Assembly: GCA_025963715.1 (NCBI GenBank)
Contig: JAOQAG010000019.1
Span: 15,330-79,329 of the forward strand
Reading direction: 5' to 3'
Source: Bacteroidota bacterium
GTDB taxonomy: Bacteria > Bacteroidota > Bacteroidia > 2-12-FULL-35-15
Length of the DNA stretch: 64,000 bases
Shown: piece by piece, positions 10,515 through 20,939 of the stretch
Layout of the letters: the number at the start of each line of letters is the position of its first letter
Position numbering within the stretch: the first letter of the stretch is position 1
Notes under the pieces: model-generated
The model's input: only the letters and a program-made list of their open reading frames with translations
Told to the model about the DNA's origin: nothing
Database searches by the model: none
Program-made: the position numbers and the translations under genes

Positions 10515-11057
10515 ATGAAAAATCGCGGGATCCTTATTTTATTTACTTTTATTTTAGCTGCATGTAACAGCAACCAAACAAAGCCGGTGGAACCCGGGAT
10601 GGAATATGTGGAAGCTATTAAAGCGCAGTCGGAATTAATGAAGCAGGCTTTATTAAAAAGCGATTTTAAAGCATTCATTAAATTTTCCTATCCAAAGGTG
10701 GTAGAGATGATGGGCGGAGATGCAAAAATGATTGAAGCATTGGAAACCAGCTCAAAGGATATGGCTGCAGGCGGAACGGTTTTTAATAATGTAACCCTGG
10801 GAGAACCATCCAAAACGGTGAAATCCGGTACGGAGCTGCAATGCACCATTCCCCAAACCATTGATATGAGTGTTACCGGTGGTAAATTAACTGTAAAATC
10901 CACTCTCATCGCAATCTCCGGTGATGAAGGAAAAACCTGGTCTTTCCTGGATACTTCCGGAAAAGATCTTAGAGCCATGCAATTCATTTTGCCTAATTTA
11001 AGCGCAGAGTTAGTGATTCCGGCAGCGGAAGAACCGGTGTTTACGGCGGCGAAGTAA
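10515..11057 (+). CDS. Hypothetical lipoprotein
   Basis: Lipobox ILAAC; 180 aa. Confidence 0.75.
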   Translation: MKNRGILILFTFILAACNSNQTKPVEPGMEYVEAIKAQSELMKQALLKSDFKAFIKFSYPKVVEMMGGDAKMIEALETSSKDMAAGGTVFNNVTLGEPSKTVKSGTELQCTIPQTIDMSVTGGKLTVKSTLIAISGDEGKTWSFLDTSGKDLRAMQFILPNLSAELVIPAAEEPVFTAAK

Positions 11058-11077
11058 TTGCTTTTTTTAGCCACAGA

Positions 11078-11172
11078 TTCACAGATTTTTTCAGATTCAA
11101 ATTAAATTGCACGGATTAATAAAATCGCAAAGCGATTTTGAAAAAATCTGTGTAATTCTCTATCTTTTTTTA
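11078..11172. repeat. Inverted CACAGATT...AATCTGTG module (empty cassette-like site)
   Basis: GCCACAGATTCACAGATT near 11080 and AATCTGTGAATCTGTGGC near 11155. Confidence 0.6.
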
Positions 11173-11246
11173 ATCTGTGAATCTGTGGCAAAATTAGCTA
11201 GTCATAGCACTATGGCAAGATGCCATTAAATAGAATGGCACGTTGG

Positions 11247-11289
11247 GACACTCGCGCCTGCGTAAACGTTGAGACACTCGCGCCTGCGT
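11247..11289 (+). repeat. 17-bp direct repeat GACACTCGCGCCTGCGT x2 next to a REP-like GATTGCTTCG..GCAATGAC
   Basis: Copies at 11247-11263 and 11273-11289. Confidence 0.7.
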
Positions 11290-11350
11290 GCTAGTGTGTG
11301 ATTGCTTCGCTATCGCCCGCAATGACATACTTGTAAGAAATAGAGGAAAT

Positions 11351-12589
11351 TTACCGGTTAATATTATTCGGCCTTGCATACACCATCTGCATCACGTTGA
11401 TGTTGCGCATCGCGAAAGCACCTTCGCAATAACTTAAATAATAATTCCATTTGCGGATAAAGCGCTCATCAAAACCCAATTGTTTTACTTCCGCTAAATG
11501 CGCATTGAACTGATCGCGCCACAAAGCCAGTGTTTTGGAATAATGCAGGCCAATGTCCTTCAGATCCACAAGCGTCATGTTCCCTGTATTGTTAATGGAT
11601 TTGTTGATCGCGCTCACGGATGGCAATAAGGAGCCGGGGAAAATATGTTTCTGGATCCAGTCAACGCCGGTGCGTAAGCTCTCGAAACGGGAATCCGGAC
11701 AAGTGATTACCTGGATGGCAAGGATGCCGCCTTTCGTAAGTAAATCGTTACACTTTTTAAAATACACATCTAAAAATTCGGCACCCACCGCTTCCAGCAT
11801 TTCGATGGAAACAATTTTATCAAATTGTCCTTCCAGCAAGCGGTAATCCTGCAATACAATGTTTATTTTATCGGAAAGATTTTCTTTTTCCACGCGTTCT
11901 TTTGCCAGTTTGTATTGTTCTTCGGAGATGGTTGCCGTTGTTACCTTGCAGCCGTATGTTTTTGCCATGTAAATGGCATTTCCGCCCCAGCCTGTACCAA
12001 TTTCCAGTACGTGATCGGTTGGTTGCAAATGCAGCTGGCGGCACAAACGGTCGTATTTTTGAATTTGCGCTTCCTGCAGCGACAAACCTTCCTGTCTGAA
12101 ATAAGCAGAAGAATAAGTCATGGTAGGATCAAGAAACAAGGCAAAAAAATCGTTGTTCAGATCGTAATGTTCCGAAATATTTTTGCGCGAACCACTTACA
12201 CTGTTAGCACGTTTAAAATGATAGATCTTATTGAAAATTTTGAGGATGTTCAGTGTTACATTCTGCACACTGCTGCCCGAAACGGTAGGTGCGTTATCCA
12301 CATTGATCAAAAACCATTTTATAATATTTGTAATGCTATCGGTGTCCCAGATGCCGTCCATGTATGCTTCGCCAAAGCCAATATCACCGTATAAAACGCA
12401 ACGGCGGAAAAAAGAATCGTCTTTGATCTCAATGTTCGCCACAATGTTTCCTTCACCGTTCCCCAGCTTGATCTGTTCGCCGGAAGGCATTGTGATGTGA
12501 AGCATTCCCGAATTCATTTTGGTGAATAAGCTCAGGATCACTTTTTCATAAAAACCGCGCTTAACGGATGTGATGGCGACTGATGACAT
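11351..12589 (-). CDS. Cyclopropane-fatty-acyl-phospholipid synthase family SAM methyltransferase (UfaM/Cfa-like)
   Basis: GFGEAYMDG, NISEHYDLNN, MTYSSA, VLEIGTGWG, IVSIEMLEAVG, WIQKHIFPG. Confidence 0.93.
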   Translation of the reverse strand: MSSVAITSVKRGFYEKVILSLFTKMNSGMLHITMPSGEQIKLGNGEGNIVANIEIKDDSFFRRCVLYGDIGFGEAYMDGIWDTDSITNIIKWFLINVDNAPTVSGSSVQNVTLNILKIFNKIYHFKRANSVSGSRKNISEHYDLNNDFFALFLDPTMTYSSAYFRQEGLSLQEAQIQKYDRLCRQLHLQPTDHVLEIGTGWGGNAIYMAKTYGCKVTTATISEEQYKLAKERVEKENLSDKINIVLQDYRLLEGQFDKIVSIEMLEAVGAEFLDVYFKKCNDLLTKGGILAIQVITCPDSRFESLRTGVDWIQKHIFPGSLLPSVSAINKSINNTGNMTLVDLKDIGLHYSKTLALWRDQFNAHLAEVKQLGFDERFIRKWNYYLSYCEGAFAMRNINVMQMVYARPNNINR

Positions 12590-12804
12590 GTACGAATTAC
12601 TAATTTATACGAATTTACTAATCTGTGGTTATCTACTATTATCTACTAAATACTAATTTATACTAATATACTAATCTGTGTGTGAAGACCTCTCCCCTTC
12701 ATCCCCTCTCCACAAGAGAGGGGGCTGTGTGTGAACTGTGTTTATTAATGCACGATAATTATTTTCGAAAAACCGTCTACCGACTAATTACTAACTACTA
12801 CTAA

Positions 12805-13593
12805 TTACTTCCTCTTATATACGTCTCTTTGCAGATCCTGGTTTGCATCTTTTTTGTGAAAAGGCAATTTTTTCATGTATAACAAAAGTGCATTCCAGTG
12901 GATCAAAGTTATAATTTTTAATGTTATGAACGGAAAACGGATGCTGTAAAGCAGCAAGTTACGATTGTTCAATGCTTTTTTTGTTCCGGTAAGCGTACTA
13001 ATGAAAAAACGCTTTCCATCCTTAAAATCATCGATGCGGATGTTTAATTTTTCATCCGGGATCGTGAGGTTAAAATCAAAATTGGTATCATGGTCAATAA
13101 ACGGCGACACATAAAAATATTTGACAGTGTTCAGATGGTATTTATTTCCGGAAAGGTTTTGGTTCGTTAATAAATACGGCTTTATTTCACCAAAAGTATT
13201 TCCAACTTCCGAAACACAGCAAAGCGGCAAATTGTTCTCATCAAAACAATAATAAAACGAAACGGGATTAAAATTATATCCCAGTACGTTTAGATTGGTG
13301 AGCAGCATTATTTTCCCATTCCCGATCTGCACGCCATTTTCAGAAAGGTAACGCGTGATCTGCTCCCGGATGCTTTTTGTTTTGTCAGGATTGTCAATCG
13401 GTAATTGCAGATGTTCGTTATCGCGCAGGCTAAAAAAATTGAACCGGTTTTTACTGAACATGAACAACTTTTTGCGCAGCATTTCCACTTCATCCAGGTC
13501 GATATAAAACATAAACACATTGTAATGGAACCGGTGCGAGCGGGGTTCCATGCGGTTGTGCATTACAGTTGCTTTATAGAGTACGGAATTCAT
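12805..13593 (-). CDS. DUF1365 family protein (UfaO-like)
   Basis: HNR..P..HRFHY, LGYNFNPVSFYYC, EVGNTFGE, FYVSPF. Confidence 0.93.
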   Translation of the reverse strand: MNSVLYKATVMHNRMEPRSHRFHYNVFMFYIDLDEVEMLRKKLFMFSKNRFNFFSLRDNEHLQLPIDNPDKTKSIREQITRYLSENGVQIGNGKIMLLTNLNVLGYNFNPVSFYYCFDENNLPLCCVSEVGNTFGEIKPYLLTNQNLSGNKYHLNTVKYFYVSPFIDHDTNFDFNLTIPDEKLNIRIDDFKDGKRFFISTLTGTKKALNNRNLLLYSIRFPFITLKIITLIHWNALLLYMKKLPFHKKDANQDLQRDVYKRK

Positions 13594-13685
13594 CTTTAAT
13601 TGTTAATTTTTCACATCTACCAAATACCAAAACATACTAATATACCAATCTGGGTGCGATCCTGTGTGTGATAAATAGGTAAAAC

Positions 13686-14078
13686 TTAATTTAAATTTAC
13701 TAATCTTTTAAAAATCGCGCCGGTAGGTGTATAATTTATCAGGATCGCCAGTTTCATTCCGCTTGATTTTAAATATTGGTTTACCTGATCTATATTTGAC
13801 TTAGAAAAATTAGCGCTCTTTTTTAATTCTATAATAACCTGCTCTTCTACAATAAAATCGCAAAATGCTTTTCCTATCGTTTCTCCCTGAAATTTTAAAG
13901 GAAAATAAGCTTGCTCCTTAAACAAAATATTTTTGTTCTTTAGCGCTACAGAAAGTGCTTTTTGATAATACTTTTCAGGATGTCCGTAACCTAATTCATT
14001 AAACACATCAAACGCACAACCAACTATTTTAAAACTTAATTCAGGATAGATCAAATCATCTATTATCTTCTTCATCAA
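13686..14078 (-). CDS. GxxExxY family protein
   Basis: VFNELGYGHPEKYY, CDFIVEEQVIIELK, QVNQYLK, LINY. Confidence 0.92.
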   Translation of the reverse strand: MMKKIIDDLIYPELSFKIVGCAFDVFNELGYGHPEKYYQKALSVALKNKNILFKEQAYFPLKFQGETIGKAFCDFIVEEQVIIELKKSANFSKSNIDQVNQYLKSSGMKLAILINYTPTGAIFKRLVNLN

Positions 14079-14139
14079 TTTACTTTTTCGCGCAAATGTA
14101 ATCTTTTGTTACACGCAGCACAACACACAGATTAGTATA

Positions 14140-15402
14140 TTAGTATGCATTAGTATTTAGTAGATTGTTACACAGATCCACAGCACTCTTAAACGCATCC
14201 TCATGAAAGCCGTATTTAAAATAACTTCCGCAAAAATACAGCGGGCCGGTTTCATTTAATATCTGTAATTCATTTTGCGCCATCATGGCCGATACATCAA
14301 ATAACGGATGTTCGTAATCAATTTCGCGAATGATCTTTTTGGGATCCACCGTGCCCGGAATGGCATTGATGGACACAAAATAATTTTTCTTTTTTGACAC
14401 TTGCTGCAGGCTGTTCATCCAGTAAATGGTTGTGGGTACCTGCACTCCTTCCCTGTTCTCGATCCTGTAATTCCAGCTACTCCAGGTCAATTTTGTTTTG
14501 GGCATGATGGATTCATCCGTGTGTACAGTAGCACTATTTTTTTGATACTTGAATGGCGCTAACAGTCTTTTTTCGTCCGCTGTTGGGTTTTGAATTAATT
14601 TTAATGCCTGGTCGGCGTGGCAGGCAAAAATCACTTTATCAAATGTATGTGTTTGTCCGTTTGCCGTTGTCACGATGGCTTTTCCGTTCTCACGCTTTAC
14701 ACTTACAGTCCCGTTATTGATCTGGATCTTATCCTTAAAAGGTTCGATCAATAATTTACGGTACGATTGGCTGCCATCCTGCAAGGTGTACCATTGGTGC
14801 TGTGTGTTCAATCCCAAAAATCCATGATTTTTAAAAAAACGTACCAGTGTAACGATCGGAAAATCCAGCATTTCGTCCATCGGCGTAGACCAAACGGCAG
14901 AACTCATTGGAATTAAATATTTCCAGAGCATATCGTCGCCATAATTAAATTCTTTGATGTATTCTTTTAAGGAATAATTTTCAAATTTAGGATCGTCGAG
15001 GATCTTTACGCTTTCTTTGTTGAAGCGCGTGATCTGCATCAGCATACGAATGTAGCGCGGACTGAAAATATTTTTCCGTTGTGCAAACAAGCCATTCAAT
15101 CCCGAACCGCAATATTCCAGTCCGCTTTCGGTGTGCTGTACGCTAAACGACATTTCTGTTTTTTTGACCGGCGCTTTTATTTCGTCAAATAATCGATGCA
15201 GGTTCGGATAGGTTTCAAAATTAAAAACCATAAAACCGGTATCCATGTAAACCGGCTGCCCGTCTTCATCTACCGTAACCGTATTTGTATGTCCACCTAC
15301 ATAATTATCCTGCTCAAAAATGCTGAGGTCGTATTTTTTGTGAAGAAAATGCCCGCATCCCATTCCTGCGATTCCTGTTCCTATAATGGCTAATTTTTCC
15401 AA
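14140..15402 (-). CDS. FAD-dependent oxidoreductase, amine-oxidase family (UfaD-like); TTG start
   Basis: AIIGTGIAG, GGHTNT, DTGFMVFN..TYP, CGSYFKYGFHEDA. Confidence 0.92.
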   Translation of the reverse strand: MEKLAIIGTGIAGMGCGHFLHKKYDLSIFEQDNYVGGHTNTVTVDEDGQPVYMDTGFMVFNFETYPNLHRLFDEIKAPVKKTEMSFSVQHTESGLEYCGSGLNGLFAQRKNIFSPRYIRMLMQITRFNKESVKILDDPKFENYSLKEYIKEFNYGDDMLWKYLIPMSSAVWSTPMDEMLDFPIVTLVRFFKNHGFLGLNTQHQWYTLQDGSQSYRKLLIEPFKDKIQINNGTVSVKRENGKAIVTTANGQTHTFDKVIFACHADQALKLIQNPTADEKRLLAPFKYQKNSATVHTDESIMPKTKLTWSSWNYRIENREGVQVPTTIYWMNSLQQVSKKKNYFVSINAIPGTVDPKKIIREIDYEHPLFDVSAMMAQNELQILNETGPLYFCGSYFKYGFHEDAFKSAVDLCNNLLNTNAY

Positions 15403-15517
15403 TTTAGTTTATTTTTTTATCTACTAAATACCAATCCCGCACGTGCGGTACTAATATACTAATCTGTGTTTGTTATGTTATATAATCTATTTATACAGAT
15501 TGGTATATTGGTAAAAA

Positions 15518-16657
15518 TTAGTATTTGGTAGATGTTGCTGAATTAATAAAACGCTCAATCGTGTATGTTGTGATCTGTCCGCTTGGTCCGTTAATGTTAT
15601 AATCGCAGCCGTGTGTGGCCCAGGGAAGATCTAAAAAATAATTCTTCACGTGATAGTTGTCGAGTTTCTTTTTTAAATGCACACTGTGCTGAAACCCCAC
15701 CATACAATCGTGTTTACCGTGAATAATGAGTGTTGGTGTGGAATTACTCTCCACAAATTCGAAAGGAGAACTTAACTTATATTTTTCAGGTGCATCTTTA
15801 TAAAGCCCGCCAATGTAATCGCTCAGCACTTTGTCGGTATCTATCACCCATTTATTTCCTTTGACCTGTGCACCCCATACCATATCGGCAGGTGCATAAA
15901 ACGAGATCACGCCTTTTATCCGCGGATCATGAAAAGTATAGGCTGCCAGCAATGCAATTTGTCCGCCTGCAGAGCGGCCCAGCAAAATAAAATTAGCAGT
16001 ATCCACTTTTAATTCTGCTGCATTTGCAATGATGTAATTCATTACTTCTTTTGTGTCTTCAATGGGTGCAGGACATTTAAAATCCGGCGCCATCCTGTAA
16101 TTAACGGATGCCACATTGCAACCATGGTTTGCTAAATAACTATTCAATGCGGGCAATTGCTGACTGTCGCCTTCGGCCCAGGATCCGCCATGGATCACAA
16201 TTACACAGGGAGCAACCTGATTTGTATTTGCAGGATAATAATCAAAGCTTAGTTGTTTTGCATCCGATGATTTTGTATAAGCAATGGTTTTGTATGTTGC
16301 ATTGCCAGCTCCGATGCCGCTGAACATTTTTGTAAACGAAAATGGTTTTTCTAATTGTTGTGCTGCTGTTCCTTTCGCAGGAAATTCGTTTTCAATCGTA
16401 ATTTTTGAAGCATAAAAATACGCGCGAAAAATGGTGGAGCTGAATAAAAGCAACGCGATCAATCCTAAAGTAACGGAAAGGAATTTATAATAATCCGCCC
16501 AAAAGCAACTGATCAGGAAAAGAAACGTAACGAAAACAAATACATATGGAAACTCCGTGATCGCAACTGTTGCACGCCACAACAAGTTTGTTGGTGCTTT
16601 GAATAGCACCAGCAATGAGAGTAAAAAAAGAAGTATGGCGAGTATCAGTCGGATCAT
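15518..16657 (-). CDS. Membrane-anchored alpha/beta hydrolase (HSL-like esterase)
   Basis: HGGSW oxyanion motif, GRSAGG nucleophile elbow, D and HG triad; N-terminal TM helices. Confidence 0.88.
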   Translation of the reverse strand: MIRLILAILLFLLSLLVLFKAPTNLLWRATVAITEFPYVFVFVTFLFLISCFWADYYKFLSVTLGLIALLLFSSTIFRAYFYASKITIENEFPAKGTAAQQLEKPFSFTKMFSGIGAGNATYKTIAYTKSSDAKQLSFDYYPANTNQVAPCVIVIHGGSWAEGDSQQLPALNSYLANHGCNVASVNYRMAPDFKCPAPIEDTKEVMNYIIANAAELKVDTANFILLGRSAGGQIALLAAYTFHDPRIKGVISFYAPADMVWGAQVKGNKWVIDTDKVLSDYIGGLYKDAPEKYKLSSPFEFVESNSTPTLIIHGKHDCMVGFQHSVHLKKKLDNYHVKNYFLDLPWATHGCDYNINGPSGQITTYTIERFINSATSTKY

Positions 16658-16685
16658 GAATTAGATTTTGTTTATTCTGTATTTT

Positions 16686-16826
16686 ACACACCCCTAACCC
16701 CTCTCAAGAGGGGAATTCGATCCTGCACGCATTAAAAATTATTTTCTTGTTTAATGATTAATTAATAACTAAACATTTAAAATTCTGCAGCGGCTATTCC
16801 CCTCTTGAGAGGGGTTAGGGGTGTGT
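16686..16826. repeat. REPIN/MITE-like element: perfect 31-bp inverted repeats around an AT-rich core
   Basis: 16686-16716 is the exact reverse complement of 16796-16826; identical copy at 6294-6324, one-mismatch copy at 25842-25872. Confidence 0.85.
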
Positions 16827-16840
16827 TCTGCATAAAGCAA

Positions 16841-17869
16841 TTATTTTTTCGCAAACAAATAATGACTCACAATCCACTCTTCTCCATTGTTGTAGCCCCA
16901 CAATTCGGCGCAAGCCATGTAAAACAAACGCCAGTAAACCCACCATTTTACCGCCTGATCTTTGCCGTACGTTTTTTCAAACAAAGGCATGATCTGCGTT
17001 TTGTGCTTGTCCATATTCTGCAGCCATGCCTCGGATGTTTTGCTGTAATGCATACCGCTCACATGCCAGTGCTGCTCAATGCTCAGCTCTTCGTTAAAAT
17101 ATAAAAGCAAATCATCGCTTGGCATGATGCCGCCTGTAAAAAAATATTTGCTCATCCAGTCGGTTTCATCGATCACTTCAAATTTGTACGCAAAATCTTT
17201 GTGCGTAAAAATGTGTACGAATAATTTTCCATCCGGCTTTAAACACGTGGCTACCTTGTGCATCAACTTTTGATAATTGCGCATGTGCTCAAACATTTCT
17301 ACTGAAACCACGCGATCAAATGTTTTATCGATGGCGAAATCATTAATGTTTACGGTAATTACGGTAAGATTGGTAATGTTGCGTAGTTTCGCCTGCTCAT
17401 CAATGAAAATCTTTTGTGTGCGTGAATTGGACACGACCGTAAAATTACTTTTCGGATATTTTTTTGCCATGAACAAGGACAAGGAACCCCAACCGCAGCC
17501 TAATTCCAGCACATCCTGTCCATCTTTCAAGTCGGCACGGCTGCAGGTAATTTCCAGCATGTCGTCTTCGGAAATATCAAGATCGGTAACACCGGATTTC
17601 CAATACCCGCTGCTGTATTTTAAATTTTTGCCTAAACAGTATTGGTAAAATTCAGTAGGCACTTCGTAATGTTGTTCGTTTGCTTCGGCAGTATTAATGG
17701 CGATCGGCGATGCTTTTAATTCGGCGATGAGCTTCATTAAATGTGCCTGCTGCAGTTCCACATTTTCTTTTTTCTCTTGTTTTAAACGTTCTTTCAGAAG
17801 GTTGCGAATGCCGCGACGGATCAGGAAATCAGGAACTTTATTTTTTTCGAGTAAGGAATCGTACCACAT
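16841..17869 (-). CDS. CFA-synthase-related SAM methyltransferase (short type)
   Basis: ANEQHYEVP, LKYSSGYW, LELGCGWGSL, VSVEMFEHMRNY, YFFTGGIMPS. Confidence 0.92.
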   Translation of the reverse strand: MWYDSLLEKNKVPDFLIRRGIRNLLKERLKQEKKENVELQQAHLMKLIAELKASPIAINTAEANEQHYEVPTEFYQYCLGKNLKYSSGYWKSGVTDLDISEDDMLEITCSRADLKDGQDVLELGCGWGSLSLFMAKKYPKSNFTVVSNSRTQKIFIDEQAKLRNITNLTVITVNINDFAIDKTFDRVVSVEMFEHMRNYQKLMHKVATCLKPDGKLFVHIFTHKDFAYKFEVIDETDWMSKYFFTGGIMPSDDLLLYFNEELSIEQHWHVSGMHYSKTSEAWLQNMDKHKTQIMPLFEKTYGKDQAVKWWVYWRLFYMACAELWGYNNGEEWIVSHYLFAKK

Positions 17870-17879
17870 AAACGGATGT

Positions 17880-17970
17880 TGGATTTTGGAATTTTGGATT
17901 TAGGATTTAGGATTTAGGATTTAGGATTTTGCTGTGTGTTTGCTGTATGTTATTTGCTGTGCGGGTTGTT
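17880..17970 (+). repeat. GGATTTA heptamer tandem followed by three GCTGT junctions
   Basis: GGATTTAGGATTTAGGATTTAGGATTTAGGATTTTGCTGTGTG. Confidence 0.75.
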
Positions 17971-18013
17971 TAATATTTATTGTTTTTTCTAACGACTAAA
18001 GACTATCTACTAA

Positions 18014-18802
18014 TTACTTCCTTTTCGGTAATGGAACAAATACACTCGTAGTCCGCTGGTATTCCCGGTACAGGTCGCCTTTGGAGCGGATCGATTGTTC
18101 TTCCGTCATAGGGATCCCGGTAATTTTAAAAATAAGGTAACCGATGGTAAGCGGACAAACTACAGCAATCCAGCCGTACGGACTGGAAATTGCCAATACC
18201 AGGACGGAGATCCAGATCATGAGCTGAAAAAAATAATTGGGATGCCGCGAATAATTCCACAAACCATATTCGCATACTTTGCCTTTGTTGGCCGGATTTT
18301 TTTTGAAATGCTGCAATTGCCAGTCGGATAAACCTTCGCCGATAATGGAGCACAGCCACATGCCTGCGCCAATGTATTCCAAAATGGAAATATGCGGAGC
18401 GGGATTTAAAGCGATGATAAAAAACGGAATGGCTAAAAACACATTGGACAATGCCTGCACCTGGAAGAATACAAAAAACTTGAGGTTTTCATTCGGCGCC
18501 CATTCGGCGCGCAATTGTTTGTAGCGGCCTTCTTCCACTTCTAAATGCGAACCTACGCGGATCAGTAAATAAATTCCCAAACGCAGGCTCCACAGCGTTG
18601 CCAACCCGCAAACGATCATTTTACGCGGTTCGTAACCATCGGCCATGAGCCAGATCACCAGGGCAATGACTAAAAAATTGAAGGCCCAGAAAATATCCAC
18701 CACGCCTGCATTTTTAATACGGTAGGCCCAGATCCAGATGATCAGCATGACTGCAGAAACGGCAATGAATGAAAACAGAGGGATTTGCACAAAAGGATTC
18801 AT
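18014..18802 (-). CDS. DUF1295 family membrane protein (steroid 5-alpha-reductase-like)
   Basis: NAGVVDIFW, EGRY, ..DWQL..FK, GLWNYSRHPNYF. Confidence 0.92.
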   Translation of the reverse strand: MNPFVQIPLFSFIAVSAVMLIIWIWAYRIKNAGVVDIFWAFNFLVIALVIWLMADGYEPRKMIVCGLATLWSLRLGIYLLIRVGSHLEVEEGRYKQLRAEWAPNENLKFFVFFQVQALSNVFLAIPFFIIALNPAPHISILEYIGAGMWLCSIIGEGLSDWQLQHFKKNPANKGKVCEYGLWNYSRHPNYFFQLMIWISVLVLAISSPYGWIAVVCPLTIGYLIFKITGIPMTEEQSIRSKGDLYREYQRTTSVFVPLPKRK

Positions 18803-18816
18803 ACGGAAAAGAAGGT

Positions 18817-19149
18817 TTAGTTTTGTTTACTGAAAAGTTCTTTTAATGATTCGTCTTTTTTTAAGCGGAAAAGCTGGATGAGCATATAGGTGCAGCTGGC
18901 AATGCTTCCAAGGCAAATCAGCAGGATCAGCCATGTTATTTTTAGTGCGATGGATCTTTCCTTATAGGCGATCCAGGTAAAGATCACGAGCACGTTTGCG
19001 TAAAAATCCCACAAAGTAGCACGCATCCAGGGAATGCCGCCTAAAAAATTCCATTGCTCAAACAGGTTGCTTTCGAGCGATGTGGAAATCACTTCGTAAC
19101 ACATGTAGACGAGTACACCACTAAAAAGAATTTTAAAAAAGCTGATCAT
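18817..19149 (-). CDS. DUF1475 family small membrane protein
   Basis: PWMRATLWDFY, WIAYKE, LGS. Confidence 0.8.
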   Translation of the reverse strand: MISFFKILFSGVLVYMCYEVISTSLESNLFEQWNFLGGIPWMRATLWDFYANVLVIFTWIAYKERSIALKITWLILLICLGSIASCTYMLIQLFRLKKDESLKELFSKQN

Positions 19150-19155
19150 CCGTTT

Positions 19156-19890
19156 TTATAAAGGTTCTTTCCTGAGTTTAATGATCCGCGTCCAGTGCAG
19201 GACTTTAATGATCGGGTAACTTGGATCAAATTCGTACCATTTTTTTGCAAAATTCACGCTGTTCGGGCTTTTGTGATGGTTATTCTGAAAAAATTCGCCC
19301 ATCATTAAAAAATCAAGTGGTAATGTATTTTTACTGTGATCATCGTTATCATAATTGGAATAACCGTATTTATGTCCGCACCAGTTAACGATGGCACCGT
19401 GGATCGGTCCCATCAAAAAGTGGATCGGCAATAAGGCGAACATCCACCAGGCGGTTGCAAATTTGATGTAAAACAAGGTGTACAATACTGCAAACAGGAT
19501 ACGAACCACCCACATATCGCTCAGCTTGTCCATGAATTTCCATTCGGGATAATTACCGCGGAAAGGCTTTTCGGGCTCCACGCCGTGTTTTGCATAATTG
19601 AGGTAAATATCTTTGGTGCTCATGGTCATTTGCCATACATCTTTAAAAAAGTGCGGCGAATGCGGATCTTTTTCAGTATCGCTGTAAGCATGGTGCATCC
19701 GGTGTAAGATCGCGTAAGCACGGGGATTAAGGAACGACGAGCCTTGTGTAAGGAAAGTAAAAGCATAAAAAAAGCGCTCCCAGAATTTGTTCATGGTAAA
19801 CATTTTATGCGACGCATAGCGGTGCAGAAAAAAAGTTTGACAGAATAAGGAAAGAAACCAATGTGCAATAAAAAATAAGAGGATATACAT
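19156..19890 (-). CDS. Acyl-CoA (delta-9-type) fatty acid desaturase
   Basis: His boxes HRYASH, HRMHH, NNHH. Confidence 0.92.
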   Translation of the reverse strand: MYILLFFIAHWFLSLFCQTFFLHRYASHKMFTMNKFWERFFYAFTFLTQGSSFLNPRAYAILHRMHHAYSDTEKDPHSPHFFKDVWQMTMSTKDIYLNYAKHGVEPEKPFRGNYPEWKFMDKLSDMWVVRILFAVLYTLFYIKFATAWWMFALLPIHFLMGPIHGAIVNWCGHKYGYSNYDNDDHSKNTLPLDFLMMGEFFQNNHHKSPNSVNFAKKWYEFDPSYPIIKVLHWTRIIKLRKEPL

Positions 19891-20057
19891 GATCGTTTTA
19901 TTGGTAAAATTAACTACAGCAATGTACGCAAAAAAATCGGGTTTGGATTGCCCCGGATGCTGGGCTTATTAACAACAACCGAAGCCCTAAAATGTTTTGC
20001 GGTATTATATTCCCCACTTATTGCGTATCTTTACAGTATCAAATAAATTATTAAAAA

Positions 20058-20933
20058 ATGGATTTAAGTAAATTAAAAAAACGTCCTTCCTACCCTTTTG
20101 AAACAATTGCTGTTGCGATCTCTTTTTCACCGCGCTGCGAATTTATCCTGGCGGAAGCAAAACGCTTTTCTACCATTCTCGGTTCTTCCTTATTATTATT
20201 GCATATTGGTGAAAAAAACGCAGAAAAAGAACAGCAGCTGGATAAAATGATGGCAGATGCAGGCATCGATGCCAATCATACACGTGTGATCTGGATGGAA
20301 GGCGAACCGGTGGATACGATCCTGAAACTGTGCAAGCTTAACATTGTGGATCTGCTGATCTTAGGAGCTTTGGAAAAAGAAAACTTTTTGAAATTTTATA
20401 TCGGCTCCATCGCCCGGAGCATTAGCCGCAAAGCAAAATGCTCGGTTTTACTGCTGACCAACCCGAATACTACTCCTCAGAAATTTAAAAAAATTGTAGT
20501 GAACGGTGTAGAAAATGCAAAAACGATCCACACGATCAATACCTCCCTTTATCTTGCGAAAAATTTTCATGTAAAAGAAGTCACCATCGTCAACGAAGTG
20601 GATGTTCCCGGCCTGGCGATGGCAATTGCGGACGACAGCACGGCGCCGCAAACCAAAGAAATTAAAAAAAGCTTTACCGAAGAATCGGAAGAAACGCTGC
20701 AAATGGTGCTTGAAAAGTGCGATGCCAGCGATGTGCAGGTGGCGAATAAAACCATCAAAGGAAAACCGGGATATGCGATCAGTAAATTTGCGAAGGATAA
20801 AAAAGCAGATCTGCTGGTGATCAATTCGCCGGATACGCAGCTGAATGTGTTCGACCGCATTTTCACACACGACATTGAATATATTTTAGCGGACCTGCCT
20901 TGCAATGTATTAATTGTTCACTCCCGTATCTAA
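20058..20933 (+). CDS. Universal stress protein (tandem Usp domains)
   Basis: VDLLILGA..GSIARSISRKAKCSVL; ADLPCNVLIV. Confidence 0.88.
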   Translation: MDLSKLKKRPSYPFETIAVAISFSPRCEFILAEAKRFSTILGSSLLLLHIGEKNAEKEQQLDKMMADAGIDANHTRVIWMEGEPVDTILKLCKLNIVDLLILGALEKENFLKFYIGSIARSISRKAKCSVLLLTNPNTTPQKFKKIVVNGVENAKTIHTINTSLYLAKNFHVKEVTIVNEVDVPGLAMAIADDSTAPQTKEIKKSFTEESEETLQMVLEKCDASDVQVANKTIKGKPGYAISKFAKDKKADLLVINSPDTQLNVFDRIFTHDIEYILADLPCNVLIVHSRI

Positions 20934-20939
20934 GCATTT

